From Bacillota bacterium (GTDB lineage Bacteria; Bacillota; Clostridia; Tissierellales; MES13): a stretch of DNA of 64,000 nt. The notes beneath the pieces are model-generated. The model was not told the DNA's origin and did not search any database. It saw only the letters and a program-made list of their open reading frames with translations. Positions 9,428 through 20,257 of the stretch are shown one piece after another. Every line of letters starts with the position of its first letter. Positions within the stretch are counted from its first letter, which is position 1. The position numbers and the translations under genes are program-made. Location: assembly GCA_009711765.1 (NCBI GenBank), contig VEND01000029.1:4320-68319 (forward strand), read 5' to 3'.

Positions 9428-10612
9428 CGAATTTAGGTATTTCATTGCTGTATTACAGAAAAGTTTAATACCTAGTGGTAAGATATCTTCATCTATATTA
9501 TATTCTGGATGATGCAGAGGAATATTAATACCTTTATCTATATTTTTAGTTCCTAAAAAGAAAAATGTACCTGGTACCTTTTGTAAGTAAAAACTAAAGT
9601 CTTCCCCTCCCATGGATGGTCTTTTAATTTCAAATACTTTTTCATCTAAAATCTCCTTAGCTACACCTTCAAAAAAGGTAGTAAAGTTTTTGTCATTTAT
9701 AGTTGGAGGGTAATAATAGCTATAATTAAATTCATAGCTACAATCATTTGCCTTTGTAATGTTTTTAATAAAACTTTCTATTCTTTTAGGAATTAAATTT
9801 CTTGTTTCATTATTTAATGTACGTACTGTACCAGAAAGGGTAGCATCATTAGGTATTACATTAAATACACTTCCTGAGTTAAACATACAAGTAGATACTA
9901 CAGCACAATCTAGGGGATCAATTTCCCTACTTACTATGGTTTGTAATGAATTAACTATTTGTGAACCTATAACTATTGGGTCTTTAGCTAAATGGGGAAC
10001 AGCTCCATGGCCTCCTAATCCTTTTATTTTTATATCAAATCTATCTGCAGCTGCCATTATTGTATCTTTTTTTATTCCAACATAACCAGAATCTATTTCT
10101 GGCCATATATGTAAACCAATAATTGCATCTACCTTAGGATTTTTAAGTGCTCCTTCATCTATCATTTCTTTAGCCCCTCCGGGACCTTCTTCTGCTGGCT
10201 GAAAGATAAATTTAATATTACCCTTTATTTCCTCCTTTAATTCTGAAAGGATTTTAGCTGCTCCTAAACATATGGCTATATGACCATCATGACCACAGGC
10301 ATGCATAACTTTAGAGTTTTCTGATTTAAATTTAAGATTAGTTTTCTCTTTTATATTCAAAGCATCCATATCAGCTCTTATGGCTATCGTTTTACCAGGC
10401 TTAGAACCCTTTAATATACCTATTACTCCTGTTTTTGCAACATTAGTAATTACAGTTAATCCAAAAGATTCTAAAAGATTAGCTATTTTTTTAGAAGTAT
10501 TATATTCTTTAAAGCCAACTTCAGGGTGTTTATGAAAATATCTTCTTAAATCTATAACTTCTTTATTATATTTTTTTACTTTTTCATTTATAATATCCTT
10601 CATTTTTTTCAC
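9425..10612 (-). CDS. M20 family amidohydrolase (AbgB/YxeP/hippurate-hydrolase-like)
   Basis: RADMDAL, MHACGHDGH, FQPAEEG, GGHGA, GGEDFS and HHP motifs. Confidence 0.92.
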   Translation of the reverse strand: MKKMKDIINEKVKKYNKEVIDLRRYFHKHPEVGFKEYNTSKKIANLLESFGLTVITNVAKTGVIGILKGSKPGKTIAIRADMDALNIKEKTNLKFKSENSKVMHACGHDGHIAICLGAAKILSELKEEIKGNIKFIFQPAEEGPGGAKEMIDEGALKNPKVDAIIGLHIWPEIDSGYVGIKKDTIMAAADRFDIKIKGLGGHGAVPHLAKDPIVIGSQIVNSLQTIVSREIDPLDCAVVSTCMFNSGSVFNVIPNDATLSGTVRTLNNETRNLIPKRIESFIKNITKANDCSYEFNYSYYYPPTINDKNFTTFFEGVAKEILDEKVFEIKRPSMGGEDFSFYLQKVPGTFFFLGTKNIDKGINIPLHHPEYNIDEDILPLGIKLFCNTAMKYLNS

Positions 10613-10651
10613 CTCTTAAAATTATAAAGGGTGTTTCCACACCCTTTAATT

Positions 10652-12121
10652 TTAGTCAACTGGTATTTGAGACTCTTCAATAAATTTATCTACATGGCTT
10701 TTATCTTGGGGCTTAGTAAGTAAACTAACTATTACTAATACTATAATATTTCCAAGTAGTCCCCATATACCTGAATGTATATCATATATAGAAATACCTG
10801 TTATAGTTATATAAAAATTAATCAATACACCTGTTAAAAGACCAAAAATAGCTCCCTGTTTAGTTGCCCTAGGCCAGAAAAATACTGCTACCATAAGTGG
10901 GAAAAATTGAACTATAGATCCATAAGCGCCTAATAATAAGGCAACTAATGATTTAGCTCCAAATACAGCTATATAATAGGCTACACTACAGAAAATTACT
11001 ATAGCTATTCTTGTAACAAGTAAAGATTTTTTATCATCCATATTAGGATTAATTACTTTTTTATGAAAATCAAAGGTATAAACCGATGCAGCACCATGGG
11101 TTATAGTATCAGAAGAAGACATTGCAGCTGCTAAGGTAGCTGCCGCTACTAAACCTAATATAACGGAAGGTAAATTAAGTTGAGTTAACATATAGGGAAG
11201 TATCTGATCAGCAGATTCTAAAGTTCCCTTTGGAACTATACCTATACCTGAAAAACCTATAAATAATACTGGTATCATAAATATCGCAAAGGTTGGATAT
11301 AATGCAACTGTTCTTTTTAATGTCTTTTCTGATTTTGTTGTAAAGGATTTCATAAATAAGTGAGGCCACATAGTAAATCCTAATATTGAAACTATTAAAG
11401 CCGATGAAAAAGCAGGCCATGACATTTTAGCACCGATTATTAAATGACTCGGATCATTTTCTGCTATTTTACTAAACATATTAGAAATACCACCATGGAA
11501 TTTAAATGGTAGCCATAAACCTAAAATCCAAGCCATAAAAAGCATAAATAATCCCTGTAAGACATTTGTCCATGCAACACCACGAACACCACTAGAAAAA
11601 ACATATACTAAAACTACACCATAGGCTAATAAAGCACCTAACCAAAAAGGTATCAAACCATCGGTAGTAACATTTAACACATAAGCCATACCCTTAAGTT
11701 GTAGCGCAATATATTGAATAAAGGCAAGGATACTAATTATAGCCATTATAGCTGATAATGATTTAGACTGAAATCTATCAGAGACTAATTCAGCCTGGGT
11801 CATATAATTATATCTTCTACCTAAGCGGTAAGCTTTAGGTCCCCATAAAAGCCAAGGAACTAATCCCATAGCACAGTAACCTAAAATATAAAAAGAAGCA
11901 GCTCCCTTAGAATATGCCCACCCAGGGCCACCTAAAAAAGCAAAGGCACTAAATATAGCACCACCCATTAAAAAATACATTGTAAAAACATTTAGACTTC
12001 TTCCAGCTGTAACAAACTCTTCAACACTTTTATCTTTATTTAATCCTGCACGGATTCCCATAAACATAACTAAAACTAAATATGCTAATACAATAAGTAA
12101 AACTACTATAGTACTACTCAC
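10652..12121 (-). CDS. Sodium:solute symporter family protein
   Basis: About 13 TM helices; TAGRSL, FSAFAFLGGPG and AAAMSS motifs of SSS transporters. Confidence 0.9.
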   Translation of the reverse strand: MSSTIVVLLIVLAYLVLVMFMGIRAGLNKDKSVEEFVTAGRSLNVFTMYFLMGGAIFSAFAFLGGPGWAYSKGAASFYILGYCAMGLVPWLLWGPKAYRLGRRYNYMTQAELVSDRFQSKSLSAIMAIISILAFIQYIALQLKGMAYVLNVTTDGLIPFWLGALLAYGVVLVYVFSSGVRGVAWTNVLQGLFMLFMAWILGLWLPFKFHGGISNMFSKIAENDPSHLIIGAKMSWPAFSSALIVSILGFTMWPHLFMKSFTTKSEKTLKRTVALYPTFAIFMIPVLFIGFSGIGIVPKGTLESADQILPYMLTQLNLPSVILGLVAAATLAAAMSSSDTITHGAASVYTFDFHKKVINPNMDDKKSLLVTRIAIVIFCSVAYYIAVFGAKSLVALLLGAYGSIVQFFPLMVAVFFWPRATKQGAIFGLLTGVLINFYITITGISIYDIHSGIWGLLGNIIVLVIVSLLTKPQDKSHVDKFIEESQIPVD

Positions 12122-12126
12122 TTAAA

Positions 12127-12381
12127 TCACCCCCTATATTCTTGATTGTATTTTGTCATTGTTCCAATAAAAACTATTACTATCCATAAACCTATCCAAA
12201 ACATACTAAAAGGCATTCCTAAAACTAAAGGCTTAACTCTATTAGCTATTAAATAAATAGGCCATATTTGAGCTAAACCACAAATTAAAAAGTAACAAAA
12301 CCAAAAGATACTACGCTTTTTTCTAGTATTGTCTATGTCTTTACTAAAGAATGACAAACCCCTTTTTGTGACTTTTTTCAT
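12127..12381 (-). CDS. Small 2-TM SSS accessory protein (DUF3311-like)
   Basis: ANRVKPLVLGMPFSMFW motif; immediately upstream of the SSS gene. Confidence 0.7.
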   Translation of the reverse strand: MKKVTKRGLSFFSKDIDNTRKKRSIFWFCYFLICGLAQIWPIYLIANRVKPLVLGMPFSMFWIGLWIVIVFIGTMTKYNQEYRG

Positions 12382-12714
12382 ACTTTCACCTCCTAAAGTT
12401 TATCTTGTTATAAATCTATGAGGACAAGTTTAAAATAATTACAAAATATTAATAAATTTTCATAAACTAACTTCCTATAAAAGTTAAGAAATTATTGAAT
12501 TTCTTAAGAGTTTTGGTTACTTTAAAATTAAAATATAAATAAATTGGGTAGGTAGAAGTGCTTTAAATTACACTTTTACCTACCCTTTTTATTTTTTAAT
12601 ATGAAATATATCTATATGTAAAATCATAAGAAATTTAAATTTAGCTTATTTTTTAATGTAAGTTTATTAATATAACATATTATCACCGGTAAATATAAAG
12701 GGACGTCTCTTTCC

Positions 12715-13299
12715 TTGGAGGAGAGTATGTATAGTGAAATAAATACTTTATATATAGATTATTTAAATGGTGATAAAGAGGCTTTAGAAAAGTTACTTAA
12801 TAAACTTAAACCCCTAGTTTTATCTTCAATAAATAAATATTACAAAAAAATAGATCAATATGATGATTTAATCCAGGAAGGGTTTGAGGTAATAATAAAT
12901 GCAATTAATGGTTTTGAAAAAAATAAGGGTTGTTACTTACTAGGATATATTAAGCTTATGCTTAAATACTACTATTTAGATAAATCAAAATATGAAAAGA
13001 AAACTATATCCTTAAATAAAGTAATAAGTAATGAAGATGAATCCTTAGAACTTATAGATATGATTAAGGATGATTTACCCTTAATAGATGAAATGATGAT
13101 AGAGGATGAATCTAGAAAAGTTCTTTGGGAAAGTATATCAAAGTTAACTAATAGACAAAGACAGATTATATATCTTTATTATTTTAATAATAAATCTTTA
13201 AAAGATGTAAGTAAAGAGCTTTCAATAAGCTATAGAACAGCTGTAAACATAAAAGGAAAAGCTTTAGAAAATTTAAGAAAAAATTTTAAAAATAAATAG
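12715..13299 (+). CDS. Sigma-70 family RNA polymerase sigma factor (regions 2 and 4)
   Basis: DDLIQEG region 2; LTNRQRQIIYLYY..SLKDVSKELSIS region 4 HTH. Confidence 0.85.
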   Translation: MEESMYSEINTLYIDYLNGDKEALEKLLNKLKPLVLSSINKYYKKIDQYDDLIQEGFEVIINAINGFEKNKGCYLLGYIKLMLKYYYLDKSKYEKKTISLNKVISNEDESLELIDMIKDDLPLIDEMMIEDESRKVLWESISKLTNRQRQIIYLYYFNNKSLKDVSKELSISYRTAVNIKGKALENLRKNFKNK

Positions 13300-13348
13300 T
13301 AACTTTTAATCCTTCTTTCTATATAAGAAGTAGAAAGGGGGTGAGAAT

Positions 13349-13573
13349 ATGGCGATAGAGGCAAATAGTAAGGATTCTAAATTTAGAGTTGGTTTTAATG
13401 CTGGGGTTGATGAAGATGGTAAAGAGATTATAAAAAGAAAAACATTTTCTAAAGTTAAATCCCAAGCAACTAATGAAGATATTTATGCAATAACTACTTC
13501 ATTAGCAGGACTTCAAGAAAGACCTTTAGTAAGTGTATCAAGAATTGATGAGGTGGAATTAAGAGAGGTTTAA
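13349..13573 (+). CDS. DUF1659 family protein
   Basis: G(V)DEDGKEIIKRKTFSKVK pattern; typical adjacency to DUF2922. Confidence 0.8.
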   Translation: MAIEANSKDSKFRVGFNAGVDEDGKEIIKRKTFSKVKSQATNEDIYAITTSLAGLQERPLVSVSRIDEVELREV

Positions 13574-13605
13574 TTAACCTTAAATAATTTTAAGGAGGTG
13601 AGAAG

Positions 13606-13818
13606 ATGGCAAGTAAATTAGAGATGATTTTTAAAAACCAAACAGATTCTAAAGCAAGGATTACTATAGATCAGCCAAGAAGTGATCTTACCCAATTAGA
13701 AGTAGAAACTGCAATGAATGATATTATCGCTAAAAATGTATTTAATTCAAACGGAGGGGACTTTGTAGCAATCTCTGGGGCTCGAGTAGTAACAACTCAA
13801 ATAAATGATTTAATATAA
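13606..13818 (+). CDS. DUF2922 family protein
   Basis: LEMIFKN..ITIDQPRSDLT..AMNDII..NVF..GG..GARVV pattern. Confidence 0.8.
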   Translation: MASKLEMIFKNQTDSKARITIDQPRSDLTQLEVETAMNDIIAKNVFNSNGGDFVAISGARVVTTQINDLI

Positions 13819-13860
13819 ACTTTAAGCCGGGGAAACCCGGCTTTAATTAGAGGTGATTAA

Positions 13861-14004
13861 ATGGAGGAAGTTTATACTCAAATAGCTAATTTAGGGTTTC
13901 CTATAGCTGTAAGCATCTATCTATTAGTAAGGATAGAAGGTAAGCTTAATAGTTTAACCCAAAGTATAAATGAGTTATCTAAAACCATAGCAGCCATTAA
14001 ATAA
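13861..14004 (+). CDS. YvrJ family small membrane protein (47 aa; not in ORF track)
   Basis: GAGGTG RBS; MEEVYTQIANLGFPIAVSIYLLVRIEGKL contains the NxGFPIAVxxYLLxRxE signature. Confidence 0.85.
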   Translation: MEEVYTQIANLGFPIAVSIYLLVRIEGKLNSLTQSINELSKTIAAIK

Positions 14005-14040
14005 TAAAAAGACTTGATATTTTTATATCAAGTCTTTTTT
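14005..14040 (+). terminator. Intrinsic terminator
   Basis: AAAAAGACTTGATAT/ATATCAAGTCTTTTT inverted repeat. Confidence 0.7.
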
Positions 14041-14185
14041 AGTTAAAAAATTTCAATAGTCTTTTAGTCCTAAATGGCTATATTAGTTGATTTAAAGTCT
14101 GAATGACGAAATATGGGGAAACTTTGTAGTATACATTAGTAAAGAGGCAGTATATAATATATTTAGAACTAACTGGAGGTAAAAT

Positions 14186-14779
14186 ATGATAAATATAGAT
14201 AAATTTGTAATGAAGAAAATAATAGGTATTATACCAGAGATTAAAAATGAAAAACCTATAACAAAAGTGATAACAAAGGATTTAAGTGTATTTATTATAG
14301 ATAAGAATATAAGGATAGTTTTAAAAAGTTTAGCTAAATACTTTGAAATAGATTTAAAATTAACAAAACTATATTCTAAGACTTTAACTAAAGTTTCTAA
14401 TTCATTAGTTTTACCCTTTGATAAGGATAACATATTTATTCCCTTTAACTTAAGAAAAGTAACTAATTCAAATGATATAGCATCTGGATATTTTAATATT
14501 GATTATATTAAAGATATATATAAATTAAATGGACAAGCAGTTTTAATATTAAAAGGGGATATGGAGATAAAACTTAAACAAAATATGAAAACAGCTATTA
14601 AACATATGAAAGAAGGTGAGATAGTAAAAAGACATTACAAAAGTTACCCTATAAGAGTATACAGCGGAGAAGATTATAAAGGTTTTGAAAGGATGAAATT
14701 TGATATCGCCTCTAAAGATGATATTTACATGTTAACAAATGAAATATTAGTTATTAATAAACTAATAAATAGTTTTTAA
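14186..14779 (+). CDS. ComK-like family protein (paralogue 1)
   Basis: LPFDKDNIFIPFNLRK..ND..GYFNID pattern shared with the next gene; resembles the clostridial ComK-like family. Confidence 0.5.
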   Translation: MINIDKFVMKKIIGIIPEIKNEKPITKVITKDLSVFIIDKNIRIVLKSLAKYFEIDLKLTKLYSKTLTKVSNSLVLPFDKDNIFIPFNLRKVTNSNDIASGYFNIDYIKDIYKLNGQAVLILKGDMEIKLKQNMKTAIKHMKEGEIVKRHYKSYPIRVYSGEDYKGFERMKFDIASKDDIYMLTNEILVINKLINSF

Positions 14780-14818
14780 GATGTTTAAGATTAATTAAAA
14801 AATGGAGGAATGTAAAAT

Positions 14819-15418
14819 ATGAAGGATTTAAAGAAAGTCTTAAAAAAAGAACCTATAGCTTTTATACCTGAGTATGTTAAAGATAAGGGTAACTTAACTA
14901 AAGTTATAACAAAGGATTTAGAAGTGTATTATTTAAGAAATAGATTAAATACAGTACTAAAGGAAATGGCTAAAAAACATTTAGTAGATATTAATGTAGT
15001 TAAAAAATATATAGGAGATATTTTAGGTGGCTCTAGGGTTTTACCTTTATTTTTCGATGCAGAAAATATATTTGTACCTATTAAGGTGAGAAAACCTCTT
15101 AATTCAAATGATAGTTGCTATGGATATATAAATCTAGATTATCTAAAGCTAGATGAAGAGAAAAATCTAATTTTAATAGATAATAAATTAGAGATAAATG
15201 TAGTACAAAGAATAGAAACTATAAAAGGATATATAAAAAGAGCAGAGATAATAAAGGAAGGTTATATTAACACACCTTTCATAGCACTCAATGAAAGAAA
15301 TACCTATGAACTTATAAATAGACCAGTAACTAAACTAGATATGGCCATTTTAAGACATGAACTACTTAATATTAAAAAACTCCTATTAAAATTAAAGAAT
15401 AAGAAAGATAAAAAATAA
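14819..15418 (+). CDS. ComK-like family protein (paralogue 2)
   Basis: LPLFFDAENIFVPIKVRKP..NDSCYGYINLD; clear paralogue of the previous gene. Confidence 0.5.
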   Translation: MKDLKKVLKKEPIAFIPEYVKDKGNLTKVITKDLEVYYLRNRLNTVLKEMAKKHLVDINVVKKYIGDILGGSRVLPLFFDAENIFVPIKVRKPLNSNDSCYGYINLDYLKLDEEKNLILIDNKLEINVVQRIETIKGYIKRAEIIKEGYINTPFIALNERNTYELINRPVTKLDMAILRHELLNIKKLLLKLKNKKDKK

Positions 15419-15620
15419 CTTTAATATATAATCTAAAAGAAAACTAACCCTCATAAATTTAATTTATGGGGGTTAAATTATTTATTAAGAATTAATATAA
15501 AAATCATACTCTAATCACTTGAATTACAATGTTTTATGGTATAAAATGTAGTTGCATGTTTTTTTAGCATGTCTTATTAAATTTTAACAAAAGAAGCTAA
15601 TAACTTTAGGAGGTAATTAA

Positions 15621-16052
15621 ATGTTAGATATAACAGAAATAATGAAACTTATTCCCCATAGATATCCCTTTATATTAGTAGATAAGGTAGTTGATTTAGA
15701 AGTAGGTAAAAAGGCAGTGGGAATAAAAAATGTAACTATAAATGAACCCTTTTTTCAAGGACACTTTCCTGGAAATCCTATAATGCCAGGAGTATTAATA
15801 GTAGAAGCAATGGCTCAAGTTGGTGCTGTAGCACTTATGAGTAATGATGAAAATAAAGAAAGGTTAGCAGTATTTACAGGGATAGATAAGATAAGATTTA
15901 AAAAACAAGTTAAACCAGGAGATACTTTAAAAATGGAAGTTGAAATAGAAAGTATGAGAAGAGGTATAGGTAAGGGTAAAGCTATAGCCTATGTAGATGA
16001 TAAAGTAGCTTGTAAAGGAACTTTAATGTTTGGCTTAGTTGATAATGAATAG
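15621..16052 (+). CDS. fabZ: 3-hydroxyacyl-ACP dehydratase
   Basis: IPHRYPF..VD and [26 protein letters not shown] motifs. Confidence 0.97.
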   Translation: MLDITEIMKLIPHRYPFILVDKVVDLEVGKKAVGIKNVTINEPFFQGHFPGNPIMPGVLIVEAMAQVGAVALMSNDENKERLAVFTGIDKIRFKKQVKPGDTLKMEVEIESMRRGIGKGKAIAYVDDKVACKGTLMFGLVDNE

Positions 16053-16308
16053 TAAAAGTGATAGGCAAAGTGTTAAAAACTTTGCTTATTTTTATATTAT
16101 AAAATATATTGGATTTAAATATTAGGAGTTAACTTATGTTATAAAGGGTTATAAATACTTGTTAAACGTTTTAAGCAGAAATAATATTAATTTTATTTAC
16201 TAGTAACTAGTAGTATTTTACCCTTGATTTACCTATATTACTAAGATACAATATTTCTGTGTGTTGTAATATCATGGAAAAATAAAAATATTAATATGAG
16301 GTGCAAAG

Positions 16309-18432
16309 ATGTCAACTAAATCATTAGTGAAAGGCAAGAATTCGTTTAGTATACCGGTTTTGATTTTATCTATTATAGTATTTTTTATGCCTTTTTTTAG
16401 AGGTTTATATTTTGAAGAAGAGTTTTATATAGCAAGTTTAATAATATCAGGGTTTGCTTTAATATTTACAATAAAAAATATTAAGGATAGGGAAAAGTTT
16501 AGGATAACTAGTTATCTTGAATATTTTGTATTAGCTTTTGTAATGATTTTTATAATTAATTTTCCATTTTCAGTTAATAAACAAATGGCAAGCTTTGAAA
16601 TTATAAAAAATCTTACATATGTTATAACATTTTTAATAATAAGTAATAAAATAAATTCAAGTAAAGACATAAGTTTAATAAATTGGATACTTATATTAAG
16701 TGGTACTGTAGTAGCATTAATAGGATTAAGTTCAGCAATGGGGCCTTTTATATATAATGGAGCATTTGTAGGTGGAATGATAAATTCAACATTTCAGTAT
16801 CACAATACCTTCGGTTCTTATATGCTAGCAATGTTATTTATTACTATGGCTGAACTTACTGAAAAAACAGATTTTAAAAGACATATATTAAATTCTCTTG
16901 CGTATATACTCTTTTTAGGCTTTGTATTTTCCTATTCAAGGGGGTCATGGATTTTATTACCTGTATTAGGGTTATTAGCCTTTATATTTTTAAAAGGAGA
17001 AGGATTAAAAAAAGTAATAATAAGTTTCATATCAATAATAGTTTCATTTGGTGTAACATTTAATTTTGTACATAGAAGTATTATAGAAAATTCTTTAAAG
17101 GGCTGGCTTTGGATTATACTAGGAAGCATACTAACAGTGATTATTACATATTTATTAGAAAAAATTAAATATTCTAAATTTAAAATTAAAAAGAAAACAT
17201 TTATCATAATACTAATAACCTTAGGCATATTAATTGGAGGATTAATTATAAGTGGTGCTTTATCTAGTTTTTTACCAGAAACTGTTTCTGAAAGGGTTCA
17301 AGGTATAAGCTTTAAAACTTTTACAGCAGTGGAAAGAAGTGTGTTTTATAAAGATGCTTTTAAAATAATAAAGAATAACCCTATTATTGGTACTGGTGGT
17401 GGTGGCTGGGAAACTTTATATAGTATGTATAAGACATATGATTATTCGACCACACAAGCCCATAATTATGTGATACAAACTTGGGTTGAAGTAGGAACGA
17501 TAGGTTTGATTTTATTATTAGGTATATATATATCTTTTATATGGACAAGTTATAAAACCTTAAAAAATATAAGGGATGATAAATTATCAAATAAAACTGT
17601 AGGTATCGTTTGTGGAGCATTAACATTAGTACTTCATAGTATAATAGATTTTGATATGGCCTTAGGAGGCTATGCAATATTATTTTGGTTATTAATAGGA
17701 GTAGTTAATAACTTAAGTAAAAAATATACTGAAGAAAGAATTAAAAAAATTAATATATCAAATATAGTCTTAATAGTAGTGATTTGTTTTGTCTTTATAT
17801 TTTCATCAATGTTTAAAATAGGTGAAATTAACGCTAATAAGGCAGTTAAAAACTATAAAAATAAAAATTATAAAGAAGCTATGGAAAACTTTAATACCGC
17901 TTCTAAATTTGCACCATTTATTCCTAATTATAAATTTGATTTGGGTAATTTACAATTATCCATAGGGAGACAGAAAAGATCAAAGGATCTAATAAATAAT
18001 GCAATTAAAAATGTGGAAAATGCAATAGAACTTAATAAAACTGATTTTAAAGCATTAGGAAATGGAATAAGCTTTTATTCAAAGGCAGGTCAGATTGATA
18101 AATGTATAAAATTATCTGAAGATCTTTTAAAATATCATCCATTAAATGAATCTACTTATATTAATGTGATTAGTATATATTATCAATTTGGAGAAGCTTA
18201 CTTAAAAAAGGGAGATAAAGATAAGGCAAAAGAATATTTTGAAAAAGTAATTAATGTAGATAAGAAAGTTTCAGAGATTAATGAAACCTTAGATAATAGA
18301 GAGGATAAATTATTAGAAGGTGTCAAAGATGCACCTGAATCTTATATTAAAGAAAGATTTAATATTAACTTAAATGATACAACTAAAAAAAGAATAAAAA
18401 GTTCAAAAGATATTTTAAGTAAACTAAAATAG
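16309..18432 (+). CDS. O-antigen ligase/oligosaccharyltransferase (Wzy_C) with C-terminal TPR
   Basis: Multiple TMs; STFQYHNT, SYSRG, R..FYKDA..PIIGTGGGGW and AHN motifs; TPR-like helices at the C-terminus. Confidence 0.85.
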   Translation: MSTKSLVKGKNSFSIPVLILSIIVFFMPFFRGLYFEEEFYIASLIISGFALIFTIKNIKDREKFRITSYLEYFVLAFVMIFIINFPFSVNKQMASFEIIKNLTYVITFLIISNKINSSKDISLINWILILSGTVVALIGLSSAMGPFIYNGAFVGGMINSTFQYHNTFGSYMLAMLFITMAELTEKTDFKRHILNSLAYILFLGFVFSYSRGSWILLPVLGLLAFIFLKGEGLKKVIISFISIIVSFGVTFNFVHRSIIENSLKGWLWIILGSILTVIITYLLEKIKYSKFKIKKKTFIIILITLGILIGGLIISGALSSFLPETVSERVQGISFKTFTAVERSVFYKDAFKIIKNNPIIGTGGGGWETLYSMYKTYDYSTTQAHNYVIQTWVEVGTIGLILLLGIYISFIWTSYKTLKNIRDDKLSNKTVGIVCGALTLVLHSIIDFDMALGGYAILFWLLIGVVNNLSKKYTEERIKKINISNIVLIVVICFVFIFSSMFKIGEINANKAVKNYKNKNYKEAMENFNTASKFAPFIPNYKFDLGNLQLSIGRQKRSKDLINNAIKNVENAIELNKTDFKALGNGISFYSKAGQIDKCIKLSEDLLKYHPLNESTYINVISIYYQFGEAYLKKGDKDKAKEYFEKVINVDKKVSEINETLDNREDKLLEGVKDAPESYIKERFNINLNDTTKKRIKSSKDILSKLK

Positions 18433-18442
18433 GGGGCACATT

Positions 18443-19285
18443 ATGAAAGTACTTATTACTGGCTCAAATGGTATGCTTGGGTGTGATTTAAAGAAAGTTA
18501 TGGAAAAGCAACATGATTTAATATTAGCAACCAGGGATGATTTTGATATTACCAATATAGATGAAACTATAAAGTTTATAGAAAAATCTAATCCAGATAT
18601 AGTTATCCATGCAGCAGCATATACTGATGTTGATGGATGTGAAAGTAATATAGATTTAGCATATAAAGTAAATAGCTTAGGTGCTAGAAATATTGCAGTT
18701 TCATGTAATAAAATAGATGCATCTTTAGTTTATATAAGTACTGACTATGTATTTGATGGAACTAAGGGTGAAGGTTATATAGAAACAGATAAGACTAATC
18801 CACAAAGCATATATGGAAAAAGTAAGTTAGCAGGAGAAAATCTTATAAAAGAGACTTGTAAAAAACACTATATTGTAAGGACTTCTTGGTTGTTTGGAGA
18901 AAATGGTAATAACTTTGTAAAAACCATGCTTAATCTAGCAAAGACAAAGAAAGAACTTACAGTAGTAAATGATCAGTTTGGTTCACCAACTTACACATTA
19001 GACTTAGCAAAGGCTATAAATAAACTTATAAAAAAACCAACATATGGAACTTTCCATGTAACTAATAGTGAATATTGTAGTTGGTATGAGTTTTCAAAGG
19101 AAATATTTAAAATAGCAAATATTGATATAAAAGTTGAACCTACAACGACAGAAGCCTTTAATAGGCCAGCTCCTAGACCTAAATATTCTGTAATGAGAAA
19201 TTATATGTTAGAACTTGAAGGATATGAAAAATTAAGGTCTTATAAAGAGGCAGTGAAAGAGTATATTGAATTATTAGATATTTAA
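18443..19285 (+). CDS. rfbD: dTDP-4-dehydrorhamnose reductase
   Basis: TGSNGMLG, AAYTDVD, ISTDYVFDG, YGKSK and APRP motifs. Confidence 0.96.
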   Translation: MKVLITGSNGMLGCDLKKVMEKQHDLILATRDDFDITNIDETIKFIEKSNPDIVIHAAAYTDVDGCESNIDLAYKVNSLGARNIAVSCNKIDASLVYISTDYVFDGTKGEGYIETDKTNPQSIYGKSKLAGENLIKETCKKHYIVRTSWLFGENGNNFVKTMLNLAKTKKELTVVNDQFGSPTYTLDLAKAINKLIKKPTYGTFHVTNSEYCSWYEFSKEIFKIANIDIKVEPTTTEAFNRPAPRPKYSVMRNYMLELEGYEKLRSYKEAVKEYIELLDI

Positions 19286-19337
19286 ATTAAAATTACTAAG
19301 TAATTATTTAAAAAAGTTATAGGGGAGGAAATTATTA

Positions 19338-20255
19338 ATGAAAGGAATAATTTTAGCAGGAGGATCTGGAACTAGACTTTATCCAGTGACAAAGTCAGTA
19401 TCAAAACAAATATTACCTATATATGATAAACCTATGATTTATTATCCACTTTCAGTTTTAATGTTAGCAGGTATTAAAGATATACTAATAATATCGACAC
19501 CTAGAGATATTGATACATATAAGGAGTTATTAGGTGATGGAAATCAAATAGGTTTAAATATATCCTATGAAATACAAGATAAACCAAGAGGTTTAGCAGA
19601 TGCATTTATAGTTGGTGAAGAGTTTATAGGAGATGATAAAGTAGCATTAGTTCTTGGAGATAATGTATTTTATGGTCAAAGCTTTACTCAAATATTAAAA
19701 AGAGCAGCAAATAGAGAAAAAGGATCAACTATATTTGGTTATTATGTAAACAAGCCTAAACAATTTGGTGTTGTAGAATTTGATGATAATAATAATGTCA
19801 TTTCTATAGAAGAAAAACCAGAAAATCCAAAATCTAATTATGCAGTGCCTGGATTATACTTTTATGATAATGACGTAGTAGAGATAGCTAAAAATGTAAA
19901 ACCTTCGAAAAGAGGAGAACTTGAAATTACAACTGTTAATAACGAGTATTTAAAAAGAGGCAAACTAAAAGTTGAATTATTAGGAAGAGGTATGGCTTGG
20001 TTAGATACAGGAACTCATAGAGGGCTTTTAGAGGCAAGCAATTTTGTTGAAGCAGTACAGAATAGACAAGGATTATATATAGCCTGTATTGAAGAAATTG
20101 CCTATAGAAAAGGATATATAGATAAAGAACAATTATTAAAGCTTTCAGAACCACTTAAGAAAACTGATTATGGAAAATATTTAGTTAGAATTGCAAATGA
20201 AGATAGAAGTAACATATCACCAGATAGTGAAGCAGCTGCGACAAGAGAGGTGTAA
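19338..20255 (+). CDS. rfbA: Glucose-1-phosphate thymidylyltransferase
   Basis: [20 protein letters not shown] and WLDTGT motifs. Confidence 0.97.
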   Translation: MKGIILAGGSGTRLYPVTKSVSKQILPIYDKPMIYYPLSVLMLAGIKDILIISTPRDIDTYKELLGDGNQIGLNISYEIQDKPRGLADAFIVGEEFIGDDKVALVLGDNVFYGQSFTQILKRAANREKGSTIFGYYVNKPKQFGVVEFDDNNNVISIEEKPENPKSNYAVPGLYFYDNDVVEIAKNVKPSKRGELEITTVNNEYLKRGKLKVELLGRGMAWLDTGTHRGLLEASNFVEAVQNRQGLYIACIEEIAYRKGYIDKEQLLKLSEPLKKTDYGKYLVRIANEDRSNISPDSEAAATREV

Positions 20256-20257
20256 AT

